Part shown: one piece after another, positions 1 to 15,456 of the stretch
Layout of the letters: each line of letters starts with the position of its first letter
Position numbering within the stretch: position 1 is the first letter of the stretch
Assembly: GCA_048013815.1 (NCBI GenBank)
Contig: CM106586.1
Coordinates: 6,510,001-6,574,000 of the forward strand
Direction of reading: 5' to 3'
DNA from: Setoptus koraiensis
Taxonomy: Eukaryota; Animalia; Arthropoda
DNA: 64,000 nt
Program-made: the position numbers and the translations under genes
The notes under the pieces: generated by a model
Told to the model about the DNA's origin: nothing
Database searches by the model: none
What the model saw: only the letters and a program-made list of their open reading frames with translations

Positions 1-809
1 TGTCACAACGGCCACCGAGCTGCCAGCTAGCATCACATGATAGAGAGGAAAGTGCTTTCACTGATCATCTCGCTGACAAGGTGACTGACTTCATATAGTG
101 CAGCAGCTTGACAGCAGTCTGTTGCAGCAACAGCAACAACAACAACAACAACCACTCGTCTCCACTGGTCGTCGTCTTAGCGTTTTAGCGCCGCTTAACC
201 GTAATTTTTGCCGCTAAATCCATTTGCGTCGTTCATCACACCTCAGTCACGAAAAGTTGCCTCTGCGAAAGTTAACTCGGCGAGCATCGCACTCACTTGT
301 TATGCATAACAATTTACAAGTGTTCACGAGCGTCCATCAATAATCGTAATCAGCAACAACAACAATTGATAATTGATAATTCAATCAAACACTTTCCGCT
401 CATTGTATCCTCTGAGTACAACCACTCATACACCTTGCAACACGACGGACAGCGATCGTTCAATGCACCCTCATTATTGAGAAGCCAACAATGCCCAAAC
501 AGCCAGCGCAGTCGCATTATTTTGTCAGCGCTGTAGTCGTCGCATCATTCTGGTTCAGGCTGGCAAGTTAGTCGCCACATCAATCGATCGAACGTCGCCA
601 CTCAATTCATCCAGCGCCCAGCCAACAGCAACCAACATCAACCGCAACAACCAACAACAACCAACCAACTAACAACAATAACTCTCAATAACAAACAGAC
701 TCACAAGTTGGCACCAGCATACAGAGGACACGGCTTTCTCTAACATAACTCTCTTCATAAGAGAACGTTCGCCAGTACGTGCAATTCGCAGCAATTAATT
801 ATTGAGAAT

Positions 810-3800
810 ATGAGACAACGAAACAAACAAGAGCGAGCCAGCAAAACCGCTTGCCATCTAATTAACTTGATTTTTGTACTGCTCATCCAATTAGTGCATC
901 TCCATCAGGGTAAGTCACACTTGCATCAACTTTCAACACAATTCGAGGTGTCGCACCAGCGTCACCAGTGTTCATGTCAGACGAGTCAGGCTTGCCTGAT
1001 GGTGCTGACTAGAGGCCAGGCGAGCCATGGCCTCCGACGAACGGATAAGTCACCGTTGAACGAGGACGATCTGGTTCAAAAGTTTGCTGCTGTAGTGTTG
1101 TTGCGATTCTTTCAGCCTATCGGCTGGGCACATTCGGCGCCAAAGAATTGACCAACATGGCACAAGTGTCTCAGAAAATGACCTTTTCTCACACTCAATT
1201 GTTGTCGTTGATTTGTTTCAGCTGATCATTATCATCGACGTCGCAGTTAGATAGACACGGAGTTCGATGACAACATTTCGCACTTTACTCTTGCCACTCC
1301 AGTATACGGCATCATTGCAACCATGCACAATGGCGCACAATGATGCACACGACGGTGGCAAAAATTATACACTTCTAGTCGAGATAATAGCCCCAAATCT
1401 ATCTATCCATCGACTCAATAATAGATATGTATATATGAGCACTTTATATAACACACATTATATAAGTGTGACAACGCCATGACAACCGTCATTAAGTAAT
1501 AATGATGATGATGATGATGATGAATAAAAGCTCCTGTTCTACACGGTCCATTGGAGCCAGTTAGACTAGCTAGACACAACTGTAACAAAAACAATCGAAC
1601 CGATCGAACCATTTCGTTTTATTTTATTATTTCTCATTTTATTATTTAGCTCTACACACACTCAACAGCGGCAGCATCAACAGCGACAACAACAACAGCG
1701 ACAGCGAAAACAACAGTGAAAATGCGAAGAAAATTCAATTATTTGAACTATTTGTCGGAGATTTGTTTTGTTGGCTGGCCAGTGAAAATGGTGCTGGCTT
1801 GACATTCAATTGTTTAGCGTCTCTTAAATTCAATTTCAGACAGACGCGGAGTGATGCGGAGAAAGAGATAAGGTGAGGTGATTCACTCACCATAGAGGCG
1901 ATCAAATGAAGACAACAACAACAATCGTCTTCATTTGATCATTCACATACTACTGAATCTTATCTGACTCACTCGAATAACTGGTCAACTCCAAAAATAA
2001 AGCTGTCACTCACACATATTCGCGAATACCAGCACAGGCCTGGCGTTGCTATTCATTTAGTAAGTGAGAGATACAACAGTTAGTTTTTGGCGAGGCCAAG
2101 AGTCGAGTCAGGTAATTGCAGTTTAAACAGCACACACACACACACATTCTTGCATATCTAATTGTGCTCCCCATGAATGAGTTGTCTTCATCTTCGTCGT
2201 CTCCTCTTTCATTGAATGAAAATCAACTTTACCACTATTTCTTCGTATTATTGTGTCTGTGTATACATTATTTATAATGTATGATGCCGGAGACTGGCAC
2301 AAATGACGCAACGTTTGCTTTGCAAACAACACACACAACAACAACAACAACAACAACAACAATTTATTGTATTATCTCACATGTACACCCAATGCATGCA
2401 TAGGTATTGGTTTATACATGCAAACTGTAATAGGCTCCATGGGTCTTTGTTGATTTGTCATGTGGCCATTGTACGAGAGAGTCCTCACTTTTTGTTCTTC
2501 CCTCTCTCACTTGATCACTAAAACCACTTGTTGTTTGTCGCACGCAGACAGACCTATGCCGTAATAGCATCAATCTACTGTGACATGTACCGAGGCACAC
2601 ATAATACACACAAGAGATTTGCATTCGCGCTAGATTGAACGAATTGCCAATTGAAATGGGCCCATCAGACTCTGATGATCAGAGAAGAAAAGAGAATGCT
2701 CTGGCCAGAAGAATCTGGCCAGCGAATTCTCTGTCACCCTGCGGCCAGCCAATGTCAAGGTGACAGCTACGGCATAGTGGCGTATTATAAATGCAAGTCA
2801 CAAAATGTAGATGACGATCGTGACGCTTCAGCTGCCCCGTGATAGTATCTAGTGTGCTATGCAAACTATCCCACGAGGTCAATGATTCCGCATGCGAGTG
2901 AGACAACATTTGCATCATTACAACACTTTGATTATCTCAACTGATCATCGGCCATCATTATAATTGTATTAGATACTCTGGAGCGTTTGCCGTGTTTGTT
3001 CTAACTGTCCCTCTCTCGGTCGGTCGCTCGCTCTCCCTCGGTAGCGCCATGCGTCTGTTATAATGTTATAATCTGTTAATGCCGTTGCTGGCAGTCACAC
3101 TGGCAAGACAGTAGAAAGCAGTCGCAAAATAGAAGCTAACTACATCAGATATAATAGTCTATTCTAGGCTCTAATGATCATGAAAATCACATAATATATA
3201 ACATCATTAACTGCTGCTTTAACTCTATCTGACCGTGCGCCAACTAGAGACTCGAACAATATATGGCCGCCGAGTTGAACTTGAATTGTTTGTCTTTCTC
3301 TCTCTCTCTCTCTAATTGCTCGCCTCGCTAGACTCATTAACTTCGGTGGGCCGCATGCAAGCAGCACGCCACCGCTATGGAAACACACACACACACATTA
3401 CAAATATTAGTTTAGTCAGGTGTGGATTAGTTGCTTGTTTGGCGTCCCAGTTGTTGAAGAACAGGAGAAACTATATTTAGCCATTATATGACCAGGCTAT
3501 TTAATCTAATTCTAGCCAAGCAACAATACCTGTCCATATATATTGTGCTCGCCTGGTTGTGTATCATTGTGTGCCACTGGTGCTTTAGTAAATTTAGTAG
3601 TGGTAATATCATTAATATCATAGCTATTGTAGTGTACGTTACAATTGTGCCCGGTGCAATAGTATGTGGGAATCATTAAGTTTCACACTGTCCAGTCATA
3701 TCACACTATTATATCATGCACACAAGCCTGTGTGTGATTAATTAAAAATTATTATGCTCCGCTGTTTGCACAATCTACTCCGTTATGTTTTGTTATGTAA

Positions 3801-6800
3801 TCCGTGATCCTATTTCTCATCTCAGCCCACTTGTATTCACAAAATCAACACCCTACATCACGCTTCTGTAATCTGGTGTATGCTGTCAGACCATTGGTCT
3901 AAGACCAATCATAGCAAGCCAGCAACTGGCCGTTGATTTTACAGCTCCACCAGTCTCACTTTATCATGAGCACTCTTGTGTGAATAATCCAAAACCAAAA
4001 TAGTCTCTATCGTTAGGCGGTCCAAAGTCAAATTTGCTTCTAGCTAAGAAAGTTTCAATTGAATCGTCAATTCAATATCAATCACCATCGTGTCTATAAC
4101 GGATACTATGTGGGCCAGTGTCTCTTCAATTAGTACAGTGACTCCAATAGTGACGGCTGCCAGGTTGCCCACACCAGAAGAGCGGTCATCTCTCGAGAGT
4201 TTACCTTTCTCTCTCTCTCTCTCTCTCTCTCTATCTGCCAAGAACGTAGATTGTCAGCTTCTCGAATTGTGGCCGAAACTTTTCTTTCCTCTTGTTCTTG
4301 CCCAGTTAAATGTGAACGGAATCAGTGAGAGTGAACTGGTGGTGTTATTGCAAGCATCTTGTGACTTATAAGCTATGAGACTGTTACTGCAGATCTCCTG
4401 TTAGATCGTCGAGCTTTATCATAATGACGGTGAAGATATGATACAATCATCTCTTCAAACTAATAATAGATTATCTGGTCAAAACCGTAGCCTGTTTGCC
4501 ATGTTGTTTATCCAAATCAGAATGATATTTTTCAGTCTCGCTTTTCCTGAGACACACACTTCTCTATACAGTAGAGTGTAATGACGTGTTAACGCACTCA
4601 CTGTCATTGTTGATGCCAACAACCTTCTCCTCATTGTTATGTTAGTCGGATAAAACACTTTTTCAATCCACTTGTGCAGCTTTTTGTTGGCGTAAGCATG
4701 CATTATGGATTAAACACAATTGAGAGATTTATCTAGTCACTGATGAAATGGCCACCATACCAAGGCATAGACACAATTTGGAATCACTCGCAAAACTACG
4801 AAGATGACCAATATAATGACATCATATTCAAAGATCCTTTTTGCATGGAGAACGCTTTCCTCTCTAATTCTTTCCACAATTGAGTAAATCAGGAGCATTA
4901 TATCAGTTTGAAATGCTCAAAATAGTGGAGCGCCTTCAAAATTCGATGGATGTAAACTTTTTAGGTTGCCTACGACTATTCATGTTTCTTTGTGTTTGTG
5001 TTTCAAGCGGCTTAATACTATCATCGTGCGAAGAAATCTATCCAAGTATAATAACTATTCTAGTATGTTACATAATTTTCCTTGTTATGTGTGCCTTAGT
5101 ACATTTCGTTTTCCTTTTTTTCCCTTTTTTCAAGAATATTCTCGTGAGTTACATGTGAATTTGCTAAGAAAAGAAAAAGGAAACCCACATTCATCTGGTT
5201 ATTCAATCGACTAACTTAAATGTTACCAAGCAAAATAGTTGGCCCACGCTCAACAAGCCTCGCATTGCTCGGATATTGCTCTTTGTGTACAACTTTTTCC
5301 ATTCTATTAGTCCGAGATTGAAAAGTGATTTTTTGGCGTTGTAAAAACAATCGAACTTGTGATGTTTGGATCTTAGGTAAAATCTGGCGAATTACTGCTA
5401 GTGCTCTGAAAACACCGTTACGCATCGACTATAGATAGATAGGGTAGCCACATATGGAATTTCTAACGCGCAGCAGGAGCTAATTGGTTGACTTGATTTT
5501 GTTACTATTTTTGCTGCCGTTTTCTTTTAATTTAAATCATTTTATAAAGCACTCTGCCATGATGAATTAATGAGTAATATCTCCCGCTTGTCGATGTTAT
5601 CATCATTCGGCCAATTCGAAGCAAGCCATCTTGTCTGCTAGTGACTGAAAAGTCAAAACATGAATTTGAATCGACAAGCCTGAATGGTTTCGTACTTCTT
5701 TTGAGTCTTATCGTGTGCTCGGTCTATTCGCTCTCCAAGCAATTTTGCGAGATATCTGCCGGCCAAAAACGTTTTCTCCCATGTGTCCCGCTTTCTCATG
5801 GCCACCTGTAATAGTGGGATAGCCTTGCATTTTATCTATTCATCTTCTCCTGATTAGATAAAACAATAATCTGGATCTCCTCTTCTCTATTCGTCTCTTA
5901 TTAATGCTGTTGTCGGTCAAACATTTAGTAGATGCAACAGAGTTCGCTTTTATCTGATCTTGGTCATTTCCCTCACAATATTTGTTAATTGCTGAGTGCT
6001 CAGTTGAAAACAAGCTCCCAGTTTGCTCTGTTGTTGAATTCACATTCTAACCAAACAAACTCTTTTTAATTCTCTAATTAAGCGGATTGTCTGTTTGTTT
6101 GTCATTATGTAGAATGGTATGCATTATCTCGATCTTGTTCAGACAGATTGAGGTTGCGATGTTTCCTTAACGATATCATATCTTGGCGAGACCACTCATA
6201 CCATTTCCATTTTATTATCAACTTGTTCTATCCAGTATCCAATTATTAGACTAGCGTGATATCTTGAAGCACACGCAAAATGTCGCTTCCCTTTAGGGTT
6301 AAAGTGTGCTTTTGTCTAGTTCATCCTGTCAACGATCGTTTTGGGGAAGTGAGATTTTCTCAGACTGTTGTCGCTGCTGTGTTGCGGCGGTTGGGTCAGA
6401 TGGTCAAAACTGCAAAGCAATATAGAATTATAAAAAGTAGGAAAAAAGTGTGCGTGTGTCAAAAAAGGTACAAAGGTAGCCTCTTGAGTTGGTTAAATTC
6501 ATTTCATTCAAAAGATCAATGATTATAATTTTGCTGACACTTGAAGGACATGTTGAGGTTGTTTTGTTGTTGTTGCTCAGCACTAAATGCCGCCGTTGCT
6601 TGTGTAGACTACTTAATATTAATGTGGTGCGTTAATAACGCAGTCGGTCTTTGTGATTAAATTAGTGTGTGTGTTGTAACTTTAATGAAGATGAGCAATT
6701 AAATTTTCAAGTAGCCTAACTAATTGTACTGTAACTGTAAACCACTTTCATTTTCGTTTGTGCTTGTATTATAAGATGCCAATGTTTGCGTAGGTCAGGG

Positions 6801-9800
6801 TTCCTTGTCGAAGCAACCTTACTATGGAACGCTTATAGGAAAGCTAAACCGACGCGGTCACGAGGTATCCGGGGACGTTTACGCCGTTGATGAGCAAACA
6901 TTGTTTATCAAGAATTTCAATTATGATGGCCTGGCTCCGGATGCCTACTTTTGGTCGAGTGTCACCAGTCCGTTGCCCAGTCCAGACGGATTCATAGTGC
7001 CCGACGAGAAAGGCTCGTAAGTAACTCATTAAATATCTCATCGCGGTATGGCGGTCGGCATTTCGGTTGGCTGCTCCAAGCCAATTGTTGCATTGGTGCG
7101 CCAACCATAGATCTATGTCTCTCTGTATGATATTATATAATTGTTTGGATGTTTGAATTAATCACTATAATCAATCTAACAATAATTTTTAATTATTTGC
7201 ATAATTATTTGCACAACAATCATGGACCAATAAAATAGCACAAAACCGTTGGAACGCTACATAAACAAAGACGTCGTGCTGCGCCTGCCAGAAGGCAAGA
7301 CGTTGCGCGAAATTCGCTGGATAAGCATCTGGTGTAGACAAATGAAACTAAATTATGGCGAATTAGCCATAACGCGCAACCTGGTAATACCGCAGCCTAT
7401 TGAGATTAGTCCGTTGACACAATTGGCGCACGGCGTTCGCTCTAGCCCTATAACAATAATAGATGCGCAAACGTTTCTCGTGCCAGAGTTCTCCTATGAC
7501 GGCGTCGGTCCGTCGGCTTATTTTTGGCTCACGCGTAGCTCGCTCGGTTTGTCTGCCAACGGTTTGCGCCTAAAAGACGAAAATGGTTCGGCGGCGCCAT
7601 TGCACAAATACAACGGCGAAACAGTGGTCATATCGTTGCCAGAGGATTACACAATATACGACTTTGACTACTTTGGAGTGTGGGCCAAAGACTTCCAAGT
7701 GGTGAGTGTGCGAACTACAGTTTATCAGTTTGCTCGTGGCGTGCAAATTGCATGGTGCACTTTGGCACACATTTGGAAATTTTTATTTTCATTAATTATT
7801 CAATGTGCCAAATCTAATCAATTCCTCATTACAACTGTAATTCTAATTTCGATAAAACTCTATTTCAACGCGACGCAATTGCTGCTTCCAACGCTACGCG
7901 GCACGATACTAACATGCTCAGAATTTCGGCCAGACAAGGATTCCTCAGACGGCCAAGGTGCCGCCATCGCCCAAGATGTTGGGAATAAAACCAGAGGTAA
8001 GTTTAGCGCGCTCCTTGTACCTAACAATTACAAAATCATAAAATTTGCACAAACATTTATTAATAAAAGTATTTGCAATCGCCATGACTCTCACTCGTGA
8101 CACCAAAAACAATTTAGAATAAGCTCAATTGTGAAATTCTCTACGATGACCTCGGCTACGAAATACGCTGGGTCTTGGACGGCGACGACATCGTGATGCA
8201 ACTGGTGGGAAAAATCGGTGAGTAGCTGACACAAGTGCCCCTTGCCTATAAACTCGCAGCTGCGATAGCCGCATCACCACTGACCGGTATACATCATCTA
8301 CATGTGATTCCATCAACAGAACCTGGCGAATATATGGCATTCGGACTGGGAAAGGACGACGCTCGAAGCGACATGACTAATGCGGACGCCACCGTCACCT
8401 GGGTAGACAGGAGCTCAGGCCAGGTGCATGCAGTGGACTATTTTCTATCATCCAAAGAACAGGTAAGCCAAGTGATATACTTAAGAACTGACCATTTCGC
8501 TCTGGCGCAGAATTGCTAACTTATAAACTAAACATCTTTCTTTCTTTTCATAGTGCACCGGTAATAGAGGAAGTTGTCCGGATGTCAAATTTGATGGTGG
8601 CAGCGACAGCCTAACGCTATTGCATGGCGCCATAGTGAATGGTTATTCTATGGTAACTTTCAAGAGGCCTCAATTGGGAATAGATGAATTATACGACCAG
8701 CACGTATACAGTGATGGACAGCAATCAATTATTTGGGCTATTGGCGCATTAAATGATCGTAGCGAAGTTGGCTACCACAGATTGAAAACACGCGGTGATA
8801 CATTCATTGATTTTGCCCGTACGCCTCAGTGGAATTGTCCAAACCCTGATCTCAATGCCACCATCAATCATCAACCCATTCCGGCCGCCTCACAAAACGA
8901 GCCCACTATTAGTGCTGCTCCCTCTCAACAGCCACTCGTTCAAAATAGACCCTCGAGTGATCGAGCTCATGCCTCATCTTTGACTACAACTATTTTATCA
9001 ACTGTGCCTACACCTACAACAGTATCTGCACAGCAAGAGATCGTTCCATCTACTATGCCGACTGTCAACTTTGACCAACATCATCACGATCATTCGCATG
9101 GTCATCACATGCAACAAGTTCATAATAGCAACAATCATTTGACCCAGGCTCAGTCCATAAAATCATGGTCCATACCACCTATTGTTTGTCCAACGGATCA
9201 GAAATTCGTTGCCCAAATAGGACCCACCGGTGGATTGAAAGGCTTTCAAGGTATAACAGGTCGCCCCGGTTGGGGTATCACGTGGTATATAAATGGTCAA
9301 ATGATACCAGAGTTGTTTGTTCAACGTGGCAAAACTTACAAGTTCATTGTTGAGGGCGGAAGTGATAAAACCAGCTCTATCAGGAGGCATCCTCTCTACA
9401 TAACAGACAGTGCCGAGGGTGGTTTCGATTATAAGACCGATCTGGAGCGGAGAAACGAGCGTATTTTTGCTGGTGTTGGCGTAAGACCTGATGGACAATT
9501 CGTGCCAACAGCCACTGGACGTTTATGCGAATGGAAATCTAATGATACTTTGGCTAGATCCCCTGACAGTTTTGATGATTTTCAATCATTCAAGTCTACT
9601 CTAAGATTAGAATGTGATCCGGGTCAGGCCTCTGTGCTAAAATGGACTCCAGATAATAACACACCTGATGTTGTCTACTACCAGTGTTATACACATCGGG
9701 ATCTAGGATGGAGGATTCGTGTTGTAGATTCTTGTGACTCGCTAAATGTGAGTAACCGTGGTATTTGATCCAACAGTATTCAAACATCTTAAATATTTTT

Positions 9801-12800
9801 CGAAACGAAACAAAAGAAAAAAAAAACAAAAAAAAGGAAGAAATTTAGGTACGATGCATTTGGTTTCTGGTGTGATGGATCTGGTCTATCTGGTGGCGAC
9901 GACACAACTATGCAGTTATCAATGATACAAGGAAAGCGACACAATCAAATTTGTCAGCCTACAAACTCCTCTATTCGAGTATCATCAAATGGTCATCGAA
10001 TGATGAGGCGGCACAGACATAATGAGAAGAGCTCAGCGGGGAGGTAACTAATAACAATCAAACTTTGCTGCTAACAACGAACGCTAACCAACGCTGACCC
10101 AAAAATCACTGCAACGCTATGTTGGCAATCACGCCACGGCTTGATTTCTACTCTTAACTATAAATCTCTAATCAAGGATCGCGCATCGCTTCTAACAAAA
10201 ATTGACGCATAATTTAAATAATTTTAACGATACCGCAACTGCTTCTGCTTCCTATTTGCCAGATATAATCATTGATATTTAGGCTCTCTAGAAGACAACA
10301 ATATATCTTACTTGCATTTGTTTTGCTCTTTACTTTTTCCAAATACAACAGAATTATAATAAGCGACATGTCATATCCAGGATGGATTTAGAGATGGCGA
10401 GTTCCAACTTGCGAGCTGCCAATGCTTCTGATTTCTACAGTAGGAGGTCTCAACAAACGGAAGCTCCTTTGCCATTCGATGGCGCTATGAGTGATTTATT
10501 TTCATTCGAGAATAATATTGGGAACACTGTAACTCCAGACAGCCCTATTATGTCGAATTCTACTATAAACACTTTCAACGACATGGCAGCTCTTTTGGCT
10601 GCGAATAACATCTCAACGGATTCTAATACATCATTCGATGATATCATGGCATTGTCACAGACAAATCTCGAAAGTTTTCTTGAGAATCCAGGCGCAAAAA
10701 ATAGTGACTCAAAACACAGTCCAGTAGAGGAATCTTTGGTACTGCAGCAAATGTCTAACCCCAACCAAGTGAATCAACTAATGATGATGGATCAGTCACA
10801 ATCCCAAGTGAATCGACCCAAGTTGATGAATGGTCCCTCTCAAGGGCTACACTCATACGTTGCCAAATTGGCTCAATTATATTATCCGATGCCTCACTTA
10901 TCGGCGGCTTTAGCGTCTCTAATGAACACAGCTCCATCGCACCCATTTCCGCAACAGCAACAACAGCAGCATCAACCTCAGCAACAACAGCAGCCGCAAT
11001 CAGCCTCGTCAAATTTAAAACCGTCTACAAACACCATGTCGGCAGCCTCATTCTCGTTGTCTCAACTCGTTCCTCGGCCAAAGATTGACCTCATTAGTCC
11101 AGTTCTTAAGATACCACGACTCAGATTGAAATCGTCAAGGAAATATGAGTCTATGAATAAGCCATCTCAACCGCCAATGCCTGCAACAGAATTCAATTAC
11201 AATATATTTAACAACCATATTGCTAATCTCAACAATCAACAGAAACTCGGACACGCTCCCTGGCCCTCCGGTCTCCCAAGCGCAATGCTGGGTAGTGAAT
11301 CTAACATGTTTGAAAACAATCCGTCTGCTGCCGCCAACAGTCTTCATCTCATTAACGAAGACACACCAAGTGGCACAATGAATTACCATAATCCATCTGC
11401 TGATATTATGGCAAATTCACTGGTGCAAGCTCAGCAGAACAAAGGAGGAAAGAACAGTTTCGGCCTTCCGCCACCAAATGGTAATAATATCGAACAACAG
11501 CCTAAAATGCAACATCAATACATGACTTCTATTACTCAACCTTCTAGTATAAGCATTTCCGAAACACTTCACCCAACTCATGATGGCTCGAATGGAAATA
11601 GATTCAATAATCAATTTCACCAAATGCATAATCAACCGATGACTATTTACCGTAACAATGTTGATAAGGTAAACATTGGCAAGCAGCAAGCCACTGATCT
11701 CAAGAATACATTTACCCCGTTGCAACCCGCATCTGCTGGAGGAGGAAATGTTCAGCCCTATGTCATAGAATACATGAAACAAGGTTCAAATGATTTGAAT
11801 TCACTTCAACAACACCTAAGAAATTCTCCGGTGACATTGGAACATCAAGCTAATCACTCTGGGTCAGATCATAAAATCAAATCCAGTGAATCATTAAATT
11901 ACGATTCTGCGGATTCTATTTTGTATGATACTTTCAGTTTCCTTGGTTATAAGGGTCAACTTAATCAGACAAAACAATATCAGCCTATGCAGCATCAGTT
12001 TCCAATGGATAACAACAACATCAATCTTATGTCAAATTCACCGATGCTACCGAATCAAATCATGAGTTCCACAACAACTAGTTGGCTGAATCCCAAACTA
12101 TTCAATCATCAGCAATACTCTCAGCCTGCCACTCGACCATCTTATTCATTTAACTACATGAATGGCGACACAAATCAGCAGCTTGAATTCACCAGTCAGA
12201 AGCATATCCCTTCACTAATGAATTCATTATTCAGCAACAGCAACAATAATCCATCCAACAAGTACCATGCAAATCAACAAATTCCCTCGATAGCCAAACC
12301 ATCTTTGACTAAACTATGGTTTACATCAAGTCCATTTAGAGGGACTTCAGGAATGTCTATGATGCAACAAGCCGCTTCAAATCTCGCCGGTAGACATCCG
12401 CATGCTTATCACAGTTCTGGGCCCAGTTTATTCATGCGCCAGAAACCTCAGCATTTCCCTTATAGCTCTTCGAATTCTCCCCTTTCTAGTTTATCTAAGC
12501 TACCTTTCACATTCTCATCGATGCTGACAAATAGTAATGAGCATCACACGAATCATATAGCTATGCCTCAACAACAACAACAACAAATAAACCAAATCCA
12601 GCACACAACACTCACCCAGAATCAGGATACACCCGCTTATCAATCAACATCGCAAATACAACCGAATGCCGATAATGGACAGCAAATTTCCCATTCATTT
12701 GCAATAAATAATGAGCCTAGTCATCATTCTCAGCAACATTCTGTTAGCAATAATCATCATTTAGGTACCCAACAGAATGCGCCACATCAGGTAGCTAACA

Positions 12801-14779
12801 ATCAACACGATATCTCAAGTGGATCCGGAGGACCTGATTATATGATGGCTGTAGAAAGATTCTCTAAACAATCTTCCGAGAGTCGTCCATCGTCGATTAT
12901 AAATCCTATCAACGGTCAACAAGTTTTTTTCCAGCCAGTCGATGCAGATGGTAATAAAATCAATTTGCAAAATCTCAGACACGAGATTGTTGATCAAAAG
13001 TTGACAACTGTCAATGGATTAAACAACAATCATTCGCCTTACTTTTTGATGACGAGCAGTAACAACAACAGCATGGGCAGAAATGGGATCAATTATCAGC
13101 AAATAACGAGCGAAGATGGTAAAATGATTACTCGAGTTGAATTACCGAAGCCATTTGAACTTGATTATTTGTCCATGTCCAATCTAAACAATAGTGTCTC
13201 GCCCACTAGTGAACCTGACCAGATGGTGATGGCTGCACAACAACATAAGCTTTATTCCACTAATAATTTCAATCCTAGCCAAATATATTCTAATAACACC
13301 GTTAATAATGATGATCTAGTCACTAATAATTCAACGCCGTTAAATCATCAGTACGGAAATGCAACAAAATCAGCACATATAGTGAATAATAATATAAAAA
13401 TCACTCCTTCAATTGATTCGAATCAATTCGATATCACTAGACAGGCTTTCATGTGGAATAATTCAAAAGACTCCAACGCAATGCAACCTATCACTGAGTC
13501 CATAATGTTATCGTCTTTGGTGCTGCCGACACCAATCAATTTTACACGAGATTTGACCACTGCGACCACACCATCATTGGAGAACATTCGTTTGAGTTCT
13601 TACAATTATAATTCCAATACGAATAGCGGACCTCTTGTTCCTCTAGAAAGACCTACCATGTCTCCCACTGCCTATTCGTATCCTCGATACCAGATAAATT
13701 CAGTTATTCAACACACCGGAAAACCTCAACCTCCAATCAAGGTGGCTTCAACTATAGCAAGTCAAATATCAGGCTCGCGTTCGCTCGAAAACTTTCTTTT
13801 ATCTACACCAGGCTCTTCACGCAGCGGAAATTTCATAGTATTGGACTCTAATCCAAACGAAAAGATGACATCTCAAGCTCAACTGAGACCGAGATATATT
13901 GGGCGCATTCTAACACCATCTCATTTGATGACATCGTCTGACCTGCAAAAAGCTGCTAGTATGATCGATGATAAATATAAAATTGTTGGACATCAATTCG
14001 ATAGACTCTCATCGCTATCCTCGCCACCATCAACATCCATCGCATTAGATCCGATGATTGCGGCTCATTCTATCCCCTCTGTTATTTCAGGTCAATTGAT
14101 AGGTTTCGCCTCACCTGATGGTCAATCTCTGCATACAAAGCAAGCTAAAATAATGAATAGCAACGCAAGTCACGATAGCAAAGAAAACAAATCGAAATCT
14201 ATGCTAAACTTCTTACAGGATATTGCTCTTGGAGACATTCAATCATACTCTAAGAAAGATACTTATATGATTAACAACAATAATAATAAAAACAAATATA
14301 ACCACAAACTAATTGACGATCAGATATTCACTAAATTTATACCGAAGCTCATGTCATCTACAACTAGACCGACCATAACTACATATTATATCAAAGATAA
14401 ACCGCAAATTGATTCAAGCAATCAAGGGCAAACCAATGTAACAAATCAAACATCAGATACTGAACAGAATCAACTATCGAAAGAACTGACCGGGAACAAA
14501 CTGCCTATTGGTATTGTCGATGGCCATCATGCAACGAAAGAGCCCCAAATACTATTGCCTCATACAGAAAATATGGCCAACTATTCTGCAACACTACCCA
14601 CGAGTGATAACGACACTGATCATACAATATTATCTCACGTACTTTCACTGATCTCCACTAATGCTGTAGCTCCACCGGTAGTCTCGGTGGCCAGTTCTCC
14701 TGATGCTAGATTTTGGTCGGACAGTCTGAATCAACGGTACGACTTTATAGATTATGAGATAAATACTCGTCGGAGGTGA
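810..14779 (+). CDS. Skeletor: Skeletor-like protein: signal peptide, 2x DM13, DOMON, Skeletor C-terminal domain, then a very long low-complexity tail (about 2241 aa, 8 exons)
   Basis: Exons 810-909, 6794-7016, 7239-7701, 7922-7996, 8118-8217, 8320-8462, 8554-9747 and 10352-14779. All introns are GT-AG with matching phases; total 6726 nt, divisible by 3. Motifs: YYGTLIG..HEVSGDVYAVDEQTLFIKNFNYDGLAPDAYFW (DM13), a second DM13, LNCEILYDDLGYEIRW and YMAFGL (DOMON), WGITWYING..PELFVQRGKTYKFIVEGG, WTPDNNTPDVVYYQCYTHRDLGWRI. The links to exon 1 and to the terminal exon are less certain than the core. Confidence 0.85.
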
Positions 14780-15456
14780 CATCCTAATTAGAATAGTTAT
14801 GTAAATAAAGAATGTAATTGTGAACCGAATTGTACCTTAATTAATATAAATAAAATTAAATTTGTTCATTCATATCTCAGTCATGCACACACTATACTAC
14901 AGAAGACTATGACTACTCCGTTTTGGTAAAATAGTGGCCAATTATTGGGTTCTTGTGGACACTTGTAGCACAACTCAGCATCTATCTGAACAATTTGATG
15001 TAGTAGTAGTTTGATCAGTTGATTATTTGATCGATATTTATTGTTTCGATTGGAAAGGTATTATACACTGTAAACTTGAGTTTGACAGTTTCTAATTCAT
15101 CAAGCATGAATTTTCACAGTATTTCTATAAATTGATTTCAGTTTGTAAAAGTCAAATTTTAATAAAAATTAAATTATACAAATAATTGTAAAATTTCATT
15201 GGGGTCTTAGGTGCCAATTTATGTGGAGTAGTTACTGAGATCTAAATTTATATGCATCGAAATGGCACTACCATTAGTGTAACTTGATACGTCCAGATTC
15301 GAATGGCAAGCAATTATCAACCAATTTCCAAGTTAGGATGGTGAGACGTCTATACAAGTTAAAATGCCGAACTAATGGTGGCTTGATTATCTATCAAAGC
15401 CATACCTAAGACAGTGATGGCGTTTATGTTAGCGAGCTAATCTTGCAGACAAGGGT

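Noticed and set aside
4740-6450. Possible nested gene or retroelement remnant in Skeletor intron 1 (strong minus-strand acceptor near 6415; HEKAGHMG resembling an integrase H-H motif)
   Set aside because: All frames are interrupted by stops and no second supporting motif was found.
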